Assembly: GCA_977017575.1 (NCBI GenBank)
Contig: CDRNVI010000114.1
Span: forward strand, 1 to 41,951
Source: Paramoeba atlantica
Lineage: Eukaryota; Protista; Discosea
Length of the DNA stretch: 41,951 nucleotides
Direction of reading: 5' to 3'
Shown here: piece after piece, positions 11,264 through 20,845 of the stretch
How positions within the stretch are numbered: position 1 is the stretch's first letter
How the letters are laid out: every line of letters starts with the position of its first letter
Position numbers and translations under genes: made by a program
Notes under the pieces: generated by a model
The model's input: only the letters and a program-made list of their open reading frames with translations
The model's database searches: none
Told to the model about the DNA's origin: nothing

Positions 11264-11266
11264 GAT
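11259..11266. other. Bacterial-chromosome / mitochondrial-DNA breakpoint
   Basis: Abrupt drop in GC and change of genetic code; the bacterial frame ends and a TGA-containing mitochondrial frame begins at ...TGCTTGTA|GATTTAAA. Confidence 0.85.
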
Positions 11267-11782
11267 TTAAATTACCTTCAGTTACTTGATTATATAAAAA
11301 AAGGTTTAATATAAAATTAAAAAGCAAGTATATATATGCAGCAAAATTATCTTTTTTTAAAAAAAGATATTTATTTATTAATATACTAAAAAATTTTTTA
11401 AAGGGTTCAAATTAGATTGGTTATCTTTGAATTTTGTACTATTAATTTAATATTAAAATTTAGAAAAAATACTTATTTAAATTTTTCGCATATTAATGGT
11501 AATGTAATAAAAAATTTTTCATGTGGTTTTTATTATAAAAAATCATTAAAAAAAAACATATTTTGCTTTAAATTCATTAATTGTAGCTTCAAAAATTGAT
11601 TTTAAATATTTATATATGAAAAAATGATTCATATTAAATATAATTTATAAATATTATACTCGTAAAATTTTGAGAAATTTAAAAGAATTATTTGAGACTA
11701 CACCTTATAATTTAAAATTTATTAATTTTATAAAATCAAAAGCTCATAATGGTATAAGAAAGAAAAGAGAAGAAGAAAATAA
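11265..11782 (+). CDS. rps11: Mitochondrial ribosomal protein S11, 5' truncated at the junction, several indels
   Basis: KNTYLNFSHINGNVIKNFSCG aligns with S11 NNTxxTxTDxxGNxxxxxSxG; C-terminal KAHNGIRKKR matches PHNGCRxxKxRR. Confidence 0.7.
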
Positions 11783-11785
11783 TAA

Positions 11786-12112
11786 ATGAAAAAGAAAAAA
11801 ATTATAAATTATTTAGATAATTCTTTTTTAAGTTTATTATCTATAGAATATAAAAAAAATTAAATAATAATATATCTATTGAATTAAAGTATTTTTATTG
11901 ATTATATAAGAATGTATATATACGTAATATTAAAGGATTAATTATAAATTTTAATAAAAAAACAATATTTAAATATGGAAAGTTTTTTATTATATTATAG
12001 GTATAAAAATATACGATTAAATCAATTATATTTTGTTACTTCACCTTTTAATCTATTTTTAAAATATAAAATTAGTAATATTAAAAATATAAATTATATA
12101 TATTATAAATAA
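11786..12112 (+). CDS. rpl19: Probable mitochondrial ribosomal protein L19, indels
   Basis: YIRNIKGLIINFNKKT..NIRLNQLYFVTSPF resembles L19 RxQxFEGxxI..GVERxFPxxSP; about 108 codons. Confidence 0.5.
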
Positions 12113-12120
12113 AAAAAAAT

Positions 12121-12711
12121 ATGTTATTAAAAAAAAATAGTAATAATTATGCTGTAAATTATATATTAAATTTACTAATTAAATATATTTCGCATATAAA
12201 AATAACAGATGAATTTATTAAAATTAAATTAGTATCAAAAGATTATTTAGGTTTTGTTTTAAATATTTTTAATAAGCATACTTTTTTAAGATATAAGGTA
12301 ATAACTGATATTTGCTGTAGTGATTTTATTGATAGAGCTAAACGTTTTGAAATTGATTATAATTTATTAAGTATAGATTATAATTCTAGATTAATTATTT
12401 CTGTATCTTGTGATAAATTAGATGTTATAAGATCTATTACTGATATTTATTTAGGTGCCGATTGGTTAGAACGTGAAGTTTGAGATATGTATGGTATTTT
12501 TTTCATGGGTCATAAAGATTTAAGACGTATATTAACCGATTATGGTTTTGAAGGTTATCCGTTTCGTAAAGATTTTCCTTTAAATGGTTATTTAGAAATA
12601 AGGTATGATGAAGATAAACAATATTTGATTTATGAGCCTATTGAATTAATGCAAAATATGAGATCATATAGTTTTACTAATCCTTTATTAAATAAAAAAT
12701 ATATACTTTAA
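12121..12711 (+). CDS. nad9: NADH dehydrogenase subunit 9
   Basis: [18 protein letters not shown][TGA=W][29 protein letters not shown]. Confidence 0.97.
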
Positions 12712-12715
12712 AAAC

Positions 12716-13900
12716 GTGAATAAAATATTTAAAAAAATAAAAACTTTTACAATTAATTTTGGACCACAGCATCCAGCAGCTCATGGAGTTTTAAGATTAA
12801 TATTAGAATTAAATGGTGAAATTATAGAAAGAGCTGATCCTCATATAGGATTATTACATAGAGGTACTGAAAAATTTAATAGAATATAAGACTTTTATAC
12901 AAGCTTTACCTTATTTTGATAGATTAGATTATGTATCTATGATGGCTCAAGAACATTGTTATTCATTAGCTGTAGAAACTTTAAGTTCTACTAATGTACC
13001 TATAAGAGCAAAGATGATACGTATGATTTTTGGTGAAATAACTAGAATATTAAATCATATTTTAGGGTTAACTACACATGCGTTAGATGTTGGAGCGATG
13101 ACACCTTTTTTATGACTTTTTGAAGAACGTGAAAAATTAATGGAATTTTACGAAAGGGTATCAGGTGCTAGAATGCATGCAGCATATATAAGACCAGGAG
13201 GTATTAGTCAAGATATACCTATGTCTTTTTGTGATGATTTATATAAATTTACACAAAATTTTATTAACTCTTTAATGGAAATGGAAGAATTATTAAATAG
13301 AAATAGAATATGAAAGCAACGTTTAGTTGATGTAGGTATATTAGATTATAATCAAGCACAAACTTGAGGTTGTAGTGGAGTTATTTTAAGAGGATCTGGT
13401 ATTCCTTGAGATATTAGAAAAAGTGAACCTTATGAATTATATAATGAAGTTGATTTTAAATCTTATATAGGAAATAAAGGTGATTGTTTTGATAGATTTT
13501 TAATTAGATTAAAAGAAATGCATGAGAGTTTAAAAATAATTTTACAACTTTTAAATAATTTAAAAGAAGGTCCTATTTCAAATTACAATAATAAATTAAC
13601 TATACCTTCAAGATCATTAATGAAGTTTTCTATGGAATCTTTAATACATCATTTTAAATTATTTACAGAAGGTGTTAATATACCTTTTAATGATGTTTAT
13701 AGATCTATAGAAGCTCCTAAAGGGGAATTTGGTGTTTTTTTAGTTTCGGGAGGATTAAATAGACCGGTAAGATGTAAGATAAAAGCACCAGGGTTTAATC
13801 ATTTACAATTATTAGATACATTATCAAAAGGACATATGATAGCCGACGTTGTTACTATTATAGGTACTTTAGATATAGTTTTTGGGAGGTTGATCGTTAA
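12716..13900 (+). CDS. nad7: NADH dehydrogenase subunit 7, GTG start, indels near 12875 and 13885
   Basis: [56 protein letters not shown](E)VDR*. Confidence 0.97.
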
Positions 13901-13933
13901 TCAAATATTAATATAATATTAAATATTATATAT

Positions 13934-14388
13934 ATGCAAAAAAAATTAAATCGATTTTTTAATTTAAGAATTAATTCTAGAGGTGCCGCTTTTGAAAATT
14001 TAAATATAGGACCTAATTTAAGTCCTTATATGAATAGAGAGAAAATCAAAGAATTTTGTAATGAATTTAATAAACAAACTTTTATATATAGATCGGAAGA
14101 TTTATTAATATATGTTAGATTATTTTTATATACTGATAAATCATTTGTTTTTTAATAAAAGGACCTTCTTTTAGTACTTTATTAAAATTGGTTTGAAATA
14201 TTATGAGTTTAACTAATAAAAATATTATGGAAAATTCAATTACATTAAGAAGTCTATATGATATTGTTATATTGCGTAATTATTATTGATTTAAATTATA
14301 TAATAATTTAAATCAAAATTGAATAAAATTGCGATTTAAAAATAGTTTTTTTTCTATATCAAATTTACAAATTAATAAAATTATATAA
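13934..14388 (+). CDS. rpl11: Mitochondrial ribosomal protein L11, indel near 14150
   Basis: IGPNLSPY..IKEFCNEFNKQT..DKSFVF(x)IKGPS matches L11 GPxLG..xxFCxxFNxxT..DxSFxFxxKxP. Confidence 0.85.
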
Positions 14389-14394
14389 AAAAAT

Positions 14395-14775
14395 ATGAAT
14401 AATAATATTATAGCTTTTTTTTATGTAAATCAATATAAATCGTTTAATAATTTTGAACAAATTTATTTAAACATAATGAATTTATCTAATATTAATTTAT
14501 TATATAAAATTTTTGTTAATATTAAATATTTTCTAATTATTAATAAGAAATATTTTAAAGATTATTTTACTAATCTTTTAAATAATGATGAATTATTATT
14601 TTTATGATATAAAAATAAATTATATAGTAAAGGAACTTTAGAACAAATAAATAATAGTTTGTTATTAAATTTAAATAAAAAGTATTATTTATTTAATGAA
14701 TTAATGAAATTCAATTATGAAAAAAAAATTATTAATACGTTAATAATATTTAAATATAAATTATGGCTTCGTTAA
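14395..14775 (+). CDS. Unidentified 126-aa ORF, possibly ribosomal protein L10
   Basis: Open under code 4 (TGA at 14605); sits between rpl11 and rps12; [19 protein letters not shown] only weakly resembles the L10 C-terminus. Confidence 0.4.
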
Positions 14776-15173
14776 ATCAATTAATAAGAAATAAAGGCAG
14801 AGTAAAAAAAAAAAGACGTACAAAAGTTCTTTTGTTAGATTCTTGTCCACAAAAAAGAGGTGTTTGTATTGAAATTAGAAATAGTGTTAGTCCAAAGAAA
14901 CCAAATTCCGCTAAAAGAAAAGTAGCAAAAATAAGGTTATCAACAGGTAAAAAATTAATAGCAGTTATACCAGGTCAAGGTCATAATTTACAAAAATATT
15001 CAGTTGTTATGATTAGAGGAGGACGTGCTAGAGATATTCCAGGTGTACGTTATAAATTGATAAAAGGAAAATATGATTTTAGTAATTGAGAACGTGAAGA
15101 ACGAAATAAAAGTCGTTCTAAATATGGTTTGAAAAAAAAAAAGAAGGAAGGAAAGATTTTAAAAGATGAATAA
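14763..15173 (+). CDS. rps12: Mitochondrial ribosomal protein S12
   Basis: [52 protein letters not shown] after reading through TGA at 15087. Confidence 0.97.
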
Positions 15174-15585
15174 TTGAATAAAATATTTAATACAATTATT
15201 AATAAGAAAAGGAAAAAAACAACGAATTATATTAAGTTTAGAGAAAATTTTTATTAATATAAAAAAAATATATGGTTGTTTAAATACTTTTTTTAAACAA
15301 ATAGAAACTAATATATTCATTAGAATGTTTTGTTATATTAAAAAAGTAGGAGGTAAAAAATTATTAATACCACATATTTTAAAATCAAAAGATTCTATAC
15401 CATATTCTGTTAAATTAATAGTTAGATCTATTAATTCTAGAACTGAGCGAAAATTTCAAGAACGTATTCAAAATGAATTAATAGATGTATATAATAATAA
15501 AGGTTTATCTATAAAAAAAAAAAATGATATGTATAGATTAATAGAAGCAAATTATACTAATATTAGATTTAAAAGAAAAAAATAA
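15166..15585 (+). CDS. rps7: Mitochondrial ribosomal protein S7, indel near 15255
   Basis: LLIRKGKK, KKVGGKKLLIP, RIQNELIDVYNNKGLSIKKKNDMYRLIEAN; follows rps12. Confidence 0.9.
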
Positions 15586-15588
15586 TAT

Positions 15589-16332
15589 ATGTTAAAAAGG
15601 AAAAAACAGTCAAAAACAATAAAATATTTAACATTTGGTTTAAAAAATTATGCAGGAGTTAATAATATGGGTCATAAAACAGTTAAATCAAAGGGAACTA
15701 GAGTTAAAAAGAAATATAGATTAATTGATTTTTTTAGAACTTACGTTGATATACCTGCAATGGTATTAAGAATTGAGTATGATCCTAATAGATCTGCAAA
15801 TATAGCTTTAATATGTTATAAAAATGGATTTTTATCTTATATTTTAGCAGCCGAAGGTTTGAAAGAAGGTATGGTTTTAAATTCAGTAGATAAAATTGTT
15901 GGTTCTACATATCCTTTAGTAAATATAAAATTTGGTTCTTTTATATCTTGTATGGAATTAAAAAAAAAAAAAGGAAGTAAAGTAGCTAGATCTGCAGGTT
16001 CTTTTTGTTTATTAATATCACAAATAAATGAAAATTATTATTTAATAAGATTTCCTTCTGGTTTAGAAAAATTAATTTTTAAATATAATAAAGCTATGAT
16101 AGGTATTGTATCAAATAGAGGGCATAATTTAATAAAAAAAGGTAAAGCGGGTGTTAATATAAGATTAGGTAAAAAATCAACAGTTAGAGGTGTAGCAAAA
16201 AATTGTGTAGATCACCCTAATGGTGGTGGTAGAGGTAAAACTTCTCCATGAGTCGATTGTCCAAATTTTACAAGACGTGTATTAAAATTTGTACCTACAA
16301 CTAAGAAAAAAAAAAAAAATGAATTTAAATAA
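15589..16332 (+). CDS. rpl2: Mitochondrial ribosomal protein L2, indel near 16250
   Basis: GVNNMGHKTV, RIEYDPNRSANIALI, ARSAGS, GKAG, VRGVAKNCVDHPNGGG. Confidence 0.96.
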
Positions 16333-16597
16333 TATTAAAAATATTAAAAATATTATTTATTTTTTAAATTTTTCAAAAATAGATAAATTTATTTGATTAA
16401 AGTTAAAAGTAAAAGGTTTTAAAATAAAAAATTATATGATTAATAAAAGATTAACTGTATATAATGGTCGTTATTTTATTCCAATTAAAATTATAGATAG
16501 TATGGTTAATTATATGATTAATTATTTTTTTTTTTCAAAAAATATATTAATAAAAGATAAAAAGAAAAAGAAACGTATAAAGAAAAAGAAAAAATAA
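16319..16597 (+). CDS. rps19: Mitochondrial ribosomal protein S19, indels
   Basis: MINKRLTVYNGRYFIPIKIIDSMVNY aligns with S19 MIGxxxxVHNGKxxxPVxIxxxMVGH; lies between rpl2 and rps3. Confidence 0.75.
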
Positions 16598-16599
16598 TT

Positions 16600-17790
16600 A
16601 TGGGACATTTAGTTAATCCAATAACATATAGATTATCAAAAAGTAAATATTGAATTTCGTCTTGAAATAATATTACAAAAAAAAATTATAAATTATTTTT
16701 TTTAGAAGATTATAATATTATTAAATTTTATAATTGAATTAAAGTTATAATTAATTGAAACAAGTTAAATTTAGAAATATTACCGTTAAATATAATTAAA
16801 ACATATAAAATGATGATAATAAATTTAAATTTATTAAATGATGATAATAAATTTTTAATTAATGATATTAAGTCAAAAAAATATAAATTAAAAAAATATT
16901 ATAATCAGTCAAAAAAATATATATTTAAATCTTTTTTAAAGTATAAACAGTCAAAAAGAAAAAAAAAATATAATTTTTTAAAAGAAAAAAAAAAAAAAAA
17001 ATATATATTAAATTTTTTACGTAAATTTTTTTATAGTAAAAGAAAAAATTTTTATAAAAATAAAAAATATGTTTGATTTAATTATTTTTTTTGAGACATG
17101 CATAATAATAAATATTATTTATTTTATAATAAGTCTTGTAGAGGGTTTTATAGAAAGAAAATATTTAAAAATATATGAAAAAAAAAATCAATAAATAATT
17201 TTAATAATTTTAAATATTTTTATAAATATAAAAATATTTATATTTATAAAAATAATAAAAGATTAAACAATTTTATTTTTAAATATAAATGATTTAATTT
17301 ATTAAGAATTCCAACTAATCGTTGATTAAATAGATTAAAATATATTAAAAATACTAATTATTTAACTTTAGATAAAAAATTTATTTTTATATTAAAAAAT
17401 TTTTTATCGTTTTTTATAAAAAAAATTTTTAAAGTTAATAATCCTATAATTAATTTTATAGATAAAAAAGAAGTAAATTATTCTACTTATTCTTTATATA
17501 AGCTAATTTTATGAAGATTGCGTGTAGGTTATAAAATAGAGCATTATGCTTATTTATTACATAATAAATTAAAAAATGAAAGAGGTATTATAGGTTTTAA
17601 AATAGGTTATGCAGGGAGATATAAAAAAAAGTTAAGAAATAAAAAGTTTATTAAACAATTTGGTGCTATTTCACCAAGTAATATAAATTCTCCTTTAAGT
17701 TATAATCAGTTTATTTTAATTATGCGGTATGGTGTTTGTGGTGTAAAAATGAGTTATGTTAGAAAAGTGTATTTATCTTCTATAATATAA
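16600..17790 (+). CDS. rps3: Mitochondrial ribosomal protein S3, about 396 aa, two compensating indels near 17125-17190
   Basis: MGHLVNPITYRL; C-terminal GIIGFKIGYAGR..YGVCGVK. Confidence 0.9.
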
Positions 17791-17838
17791 AAAGAAAGAA
17801 AAGAGAAAAAAAGTTGATTTATTAAGAAATAAATAGAA

Positions 17839-18282
17839 ATGAAAAAAATTTTTGTCAAAAAACATTTAATATTAAATTATTCTAATACTAAAAATTCGAT
17901 AGAAAAAATATATAATGGTCAATTTGCTATATATTTTTTAGAAGGTGGTATACTATATAATAATGAATTTAAGGCTTTATTATTTTTTTTAAAAAAAAGA
18001 TTAAAATTTTTTACTAAATTATTTATACGTTTTCATCCAAGTTTTAAAAATACATCAAAACCTATAGGTGTTAGAATGGGTAAAGGTAAGGGTGCATTAA
18101 ATGAATATTATTTTAATATATCAAAAGGTCAAATATTTATTGAATTTGGTTTTTCTAATAAATTATTTATATTAAATGATAATGATAAAAAAAAATTATT
18201 AGAATATATTAAAGGAATTGTTAAATTAGCCTCATTAAAATCAAATATTAAATTTAAATTAGTTTATAATAAAGAAAAATGA
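17839..18282 (+). CDS. rpl16: Mitochondrial ribosomal protein L16
   Basis: TSKPIGVRMGKGKG, GQIFIEF; canonical position. Confidence 0.93.
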   Translation: MKKIFVKKHLILNYSNTKNSIEKIYNGQFAIYFLEGGILYNNEFKALLFFLKKRLKFFTKLFIRFHPSFKNTSKPIGVRMGKGKGALNEYYFNISKGQIFIEFGFSNKLFILNDNDKKKLLEYIKGIVKLASLKSNIKFKLVYNKEK

Positions 18283-18635
18283 TTTTAGTAGGTAGTTATT
18301 TAAATTGTAGTGATAATTCTGGTGCACGTATTGTAAAATGTATAAGAATTTATAAAAGAAAAAAATATGGATCTATTGGTGATGAAATATTAATAACTGT
18401 TAAAACAAATAATCCTAAAAAAAGAATAAAAAAAGGAGAATTATATAAGGCTTTAATTATTAGAACTAAATATAATTTAAAAAAAAATATAAATTATTAT
18501 AAATTTAGTGATAATGCTGTTGTTTTGATAAATAAAAAAAAATTACCTTTAGGTACAAAATTATTTGGTATTAGTTTAAAATTTTTAAGATTTATAAACC
18601 GTAAAGTTTTCTTATTGATGCAAAGTATAATATAA
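18279..18635 (+). CDS. rpl14: Mitochondrial ribosomal protein L14
   Basis: SDNSGARIVKCI, GSIGD, ALIIRTK, FSDNAVVL, GTKLFG. Confidence 0.96.
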   Translation: MILVGSYLNCSDNSGARIVKCIRIYKRKKYGSIGDEILITVKTNNPKKRIKKGELYKALIIRTKYNLKKNINYYKFSDNAVVLINKKKLPLGTKLFGISLKFLRFINRKVFLLMQSII

Positions 18636-18639
18636 AAAT

Positions 18640-19197
18640 ATGAAAAGTATAGATTTCAAAAGTAATTTAAATATAATACAAAAGGATAACATTAGTAAAT
18701 TGAATATAATGAGTTTTAATCAATTATCAAAAATTGATAAAGTTGATGTAAAAGTTAAATTATATTCTTCAGATGGTAATATAGTTAGAAGGTATCTTAT
18801 TTTAAATAAATTATTTAAAAAATTATTTAATCAAAGAGTTTCTATTATAAAAATACAAAAAGAGACATTACGTAATTTTTCTGTTAGATCAAGACGTAAT
18901 AATTTATCTTATTATATAGTTTTAGGATTAAGTTTAAGAAAAAATAATATTTATTCTAATTTAAATTATTTATATAATATTATTTTTAATTTATTAGATA
19001 AAAATAATGAAAGTAGTTTAATTTATAGAAAAGAAAATAAATATATAATAGAATTAAAAAATTTTAATTTTTTATTAGGATTAAATAGTGATGAAGATAT
19101 ATTGGTAAATAATTTAATTTTTAAATTAAATTTTATTATAAATTTTAATAATAATAATAATAAATTACATGAAAAAATATTTTTTAAAAAATTATAA
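18640..19197 (+). CDS. rpl5: Mitochondrial ribosomal protein L5, divergent
   Basis: Between rpl14 and rps14; SKIDKV..LFNQRV..RNFSVR..LSLRKNNIYSNL follows the L5 pattern. Confidence 0.7.
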   Translation: MKSIDFKSNLNIIQKDNISKLNIMSFNQLSKIDKVDVKVKLYSSDGNIVRRYLILNKLFKKLFNQRVSIIKIQKETLRNFSVRSRRNNLSYYIVLGLSLRKNNIYSNLNYLYNIIFNLLDKNNESSLIYRKENKYIIELKNFNFLLGLNSDEDILVNNLIFKLNFIINFNNNNNKLHEKIFFKKL

Positions 19198-19438
19198 AAA
19201 TGAAAGAATATATAATAATAATAATACATTAGTATTATTATTAAAAATTTTAAAAATATATAGGAAAAAGAAAATATTTTTTTTGAATTTTCCTATACAG
19301 AATATTTTAAGAAAGAATTTTTGTATAGAAACTGGTTTAAAGAGATCTGTTTTTCGAGATTTTTCTTTATCTAGAATGAATATAAAAGAATCTCTTAATA
19401 TGAAACAAATTAATGGTTTAAAAAAAATATCTTGATAA
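19169..19438 (+). CDS. rps14: Mitochondrial ribosomal protein S14
   Basis: NFCIETGLKRSVFRDFSLSR; ends KKIS-TGA(W)-TAA, matching the conserved KxSW* end. Confidence 0.93.
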
Positions 19439-19441
19439 GTT

Positions 19442-19834
19442 ATGAATTTTTTTTGTAGTCAAATTAATAATGGGTATATAGCTAATTTAAAAAGTTTATA
19501 TATACCATTAAAAAAAAAGTATTTACCTATATTATCACGTTTATACGAATTAAATTTGATAAATAGTTTTATAATATGTAATAAATACCAAATAAAAATA
19601 ACATTAAAATATTATAATAATAAGCCTTTAATTTTTTTAGAACAATTATCTTCAGGAGGTAATAAACAATATTTAAAATTTAAAACTTTTAATAAAAATT
19701 TTTCTAAATTTTATTTTAATCCTTGTTTTTATAGTAGTAATAAAGGTTTGTTAACACACGATGAAGCTTATATTATAAAAAGTGGTGGTAAAGCCTTATT
19801 AAAAGTACATCTATTATATAAAAATATATTATAA
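19442..19834 (+). CDS. rps8: Mitochondrial ribosomal protein S8
   Basis: SQINNG, ILSRLYELNLINSF, SSNKGLLTHDEA..SGGKALL. Confidence 0.9.
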   Translation: MNFFCSQINNGYIANLKSLYIPLKKKYLPILSRLYELNLINSFIICNKYQIKITLKYYNNKPLIFLEQLSSGGNKQYLKFKTFNKNFSKFYFNPCFYSSNKGLLTHDEAYIIKSGGKALLKVHLLYKNIL

Positions 19835-19837
19835 TAA

Positions 19838-20377
19838 ATGAAAAAAAAATTATATTTAGGAAAAAGTTCTTTATTAAATATTATACATAATAATAATAAT
19901 ATTTTTATGGAAAATATAATAAGTAATTATAAAAAAAATATAGATTTAACTATCTTAACTTTATTTAATCAAAAAAATATATTTATATTAAATAATAAAA
20001 CATTAATTATTAAAAGAAAGAAATATTATAGTTTATTTCAAAGATATATAAAAAAAAATTTAATTGATTTGATAAGAGGTTATTGCCTAATTTTAAATGT
20101 TATAGGTTTAGGTTTTACTATGACTATTTGAAAAGATAATGAATTAAGATTTAATATAGGTTATAATCATTTGATTTATTATAATATACCTAAAGGTATT
20201 TTAGTTAAATCTAGATCTAGAAGAAATCTTTTTTTATTTAGTAATTCTTATTTTTTGTTAAAAAAAGTATCTGTGGAAATAAAACAATTTAGAAAATTAA
20301 ATGCATATAAATTGAAAGGAATAAAAGAAAAAAATGAATTATATATTAAAAAAAATTGAAAAAAAGGAACTTATTAA
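19838..20377 (+). CDS. rpl6: Mitochondrial ribosomal protein L6
   Basis: LNVIGLGF..LRFNIGYNH..IKQFRKLNAYKLKGI; in frame through TGA codons. Confidence 0.88.
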
Positions 20378-20527
20378 TTCAGCAATAAGTTTTAAGGTAT
20401 TATTAAATTATAATTATAATTTAATTTATATACATAATTATAATTTAAAATTAATTTTCGATAATAATTGACTTCAAGTTAAAAATTATTTATATGAAAT
20501 GGGTATTATAAATAAACAATAAAAAAT

Positions 20528-20842
20528 ATGAATATAAAACGTTATATAATTAATAATTATAATATTGGTTTATCTTTATTATCTATAATATTATTTAAAT
20601 TTGGTTTATTATATAATAAATCTTATAAAAATATTAATAATAAAGGTTTATTAAAACAGTTAGAAAAAAATTTGTTATATTTTTTTAAAAGGAAGGAACA
20701 AATTAAACATATTAGATATAATAATATTATGAAAAAAATAGTTAATGGTTCTTATTTTGGTTATAAACGTATTAGAGGGTTACCTATGTATAATCAACGA
20801 TCAAAGACTAATAATAGATCATCGAGAAAAAAAATAATATAA
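20528..20842 (+). CDS. rps13: Mitochondrial ribosomal protein S13
   Basis: GSYFGYKRIRGLPMYNQRSKTNNR matches S13 YRGxRHxxGLPVRGQRTxTNAR. Confidence 0.9.
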   Translation: MNIKRYIINNYNIGLSLLSIILFKFGLLYNKSYKNINNKGLLKQLEKNLLYFFKRKEQIKHIRYNNIMKKIVNGSYFGYKRIRGLPMYNQRSKTNNRSSRKKII

Positions 20843-20845
20843 GTG

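Noticed and set aside
11100-11400. Prophage-, IS- or integrase-mediated insertion at the junction
   Set aside because: No recombinase, terminal inverted repeat or target-site duplication is visible; the other end of the mtDNA is outside the window.
11401-11415. tRNA T-loop-like GGTTCAAAT
   Set aside because: No flanking T-stem or cloverleaf; it lies within the rps11 frame.
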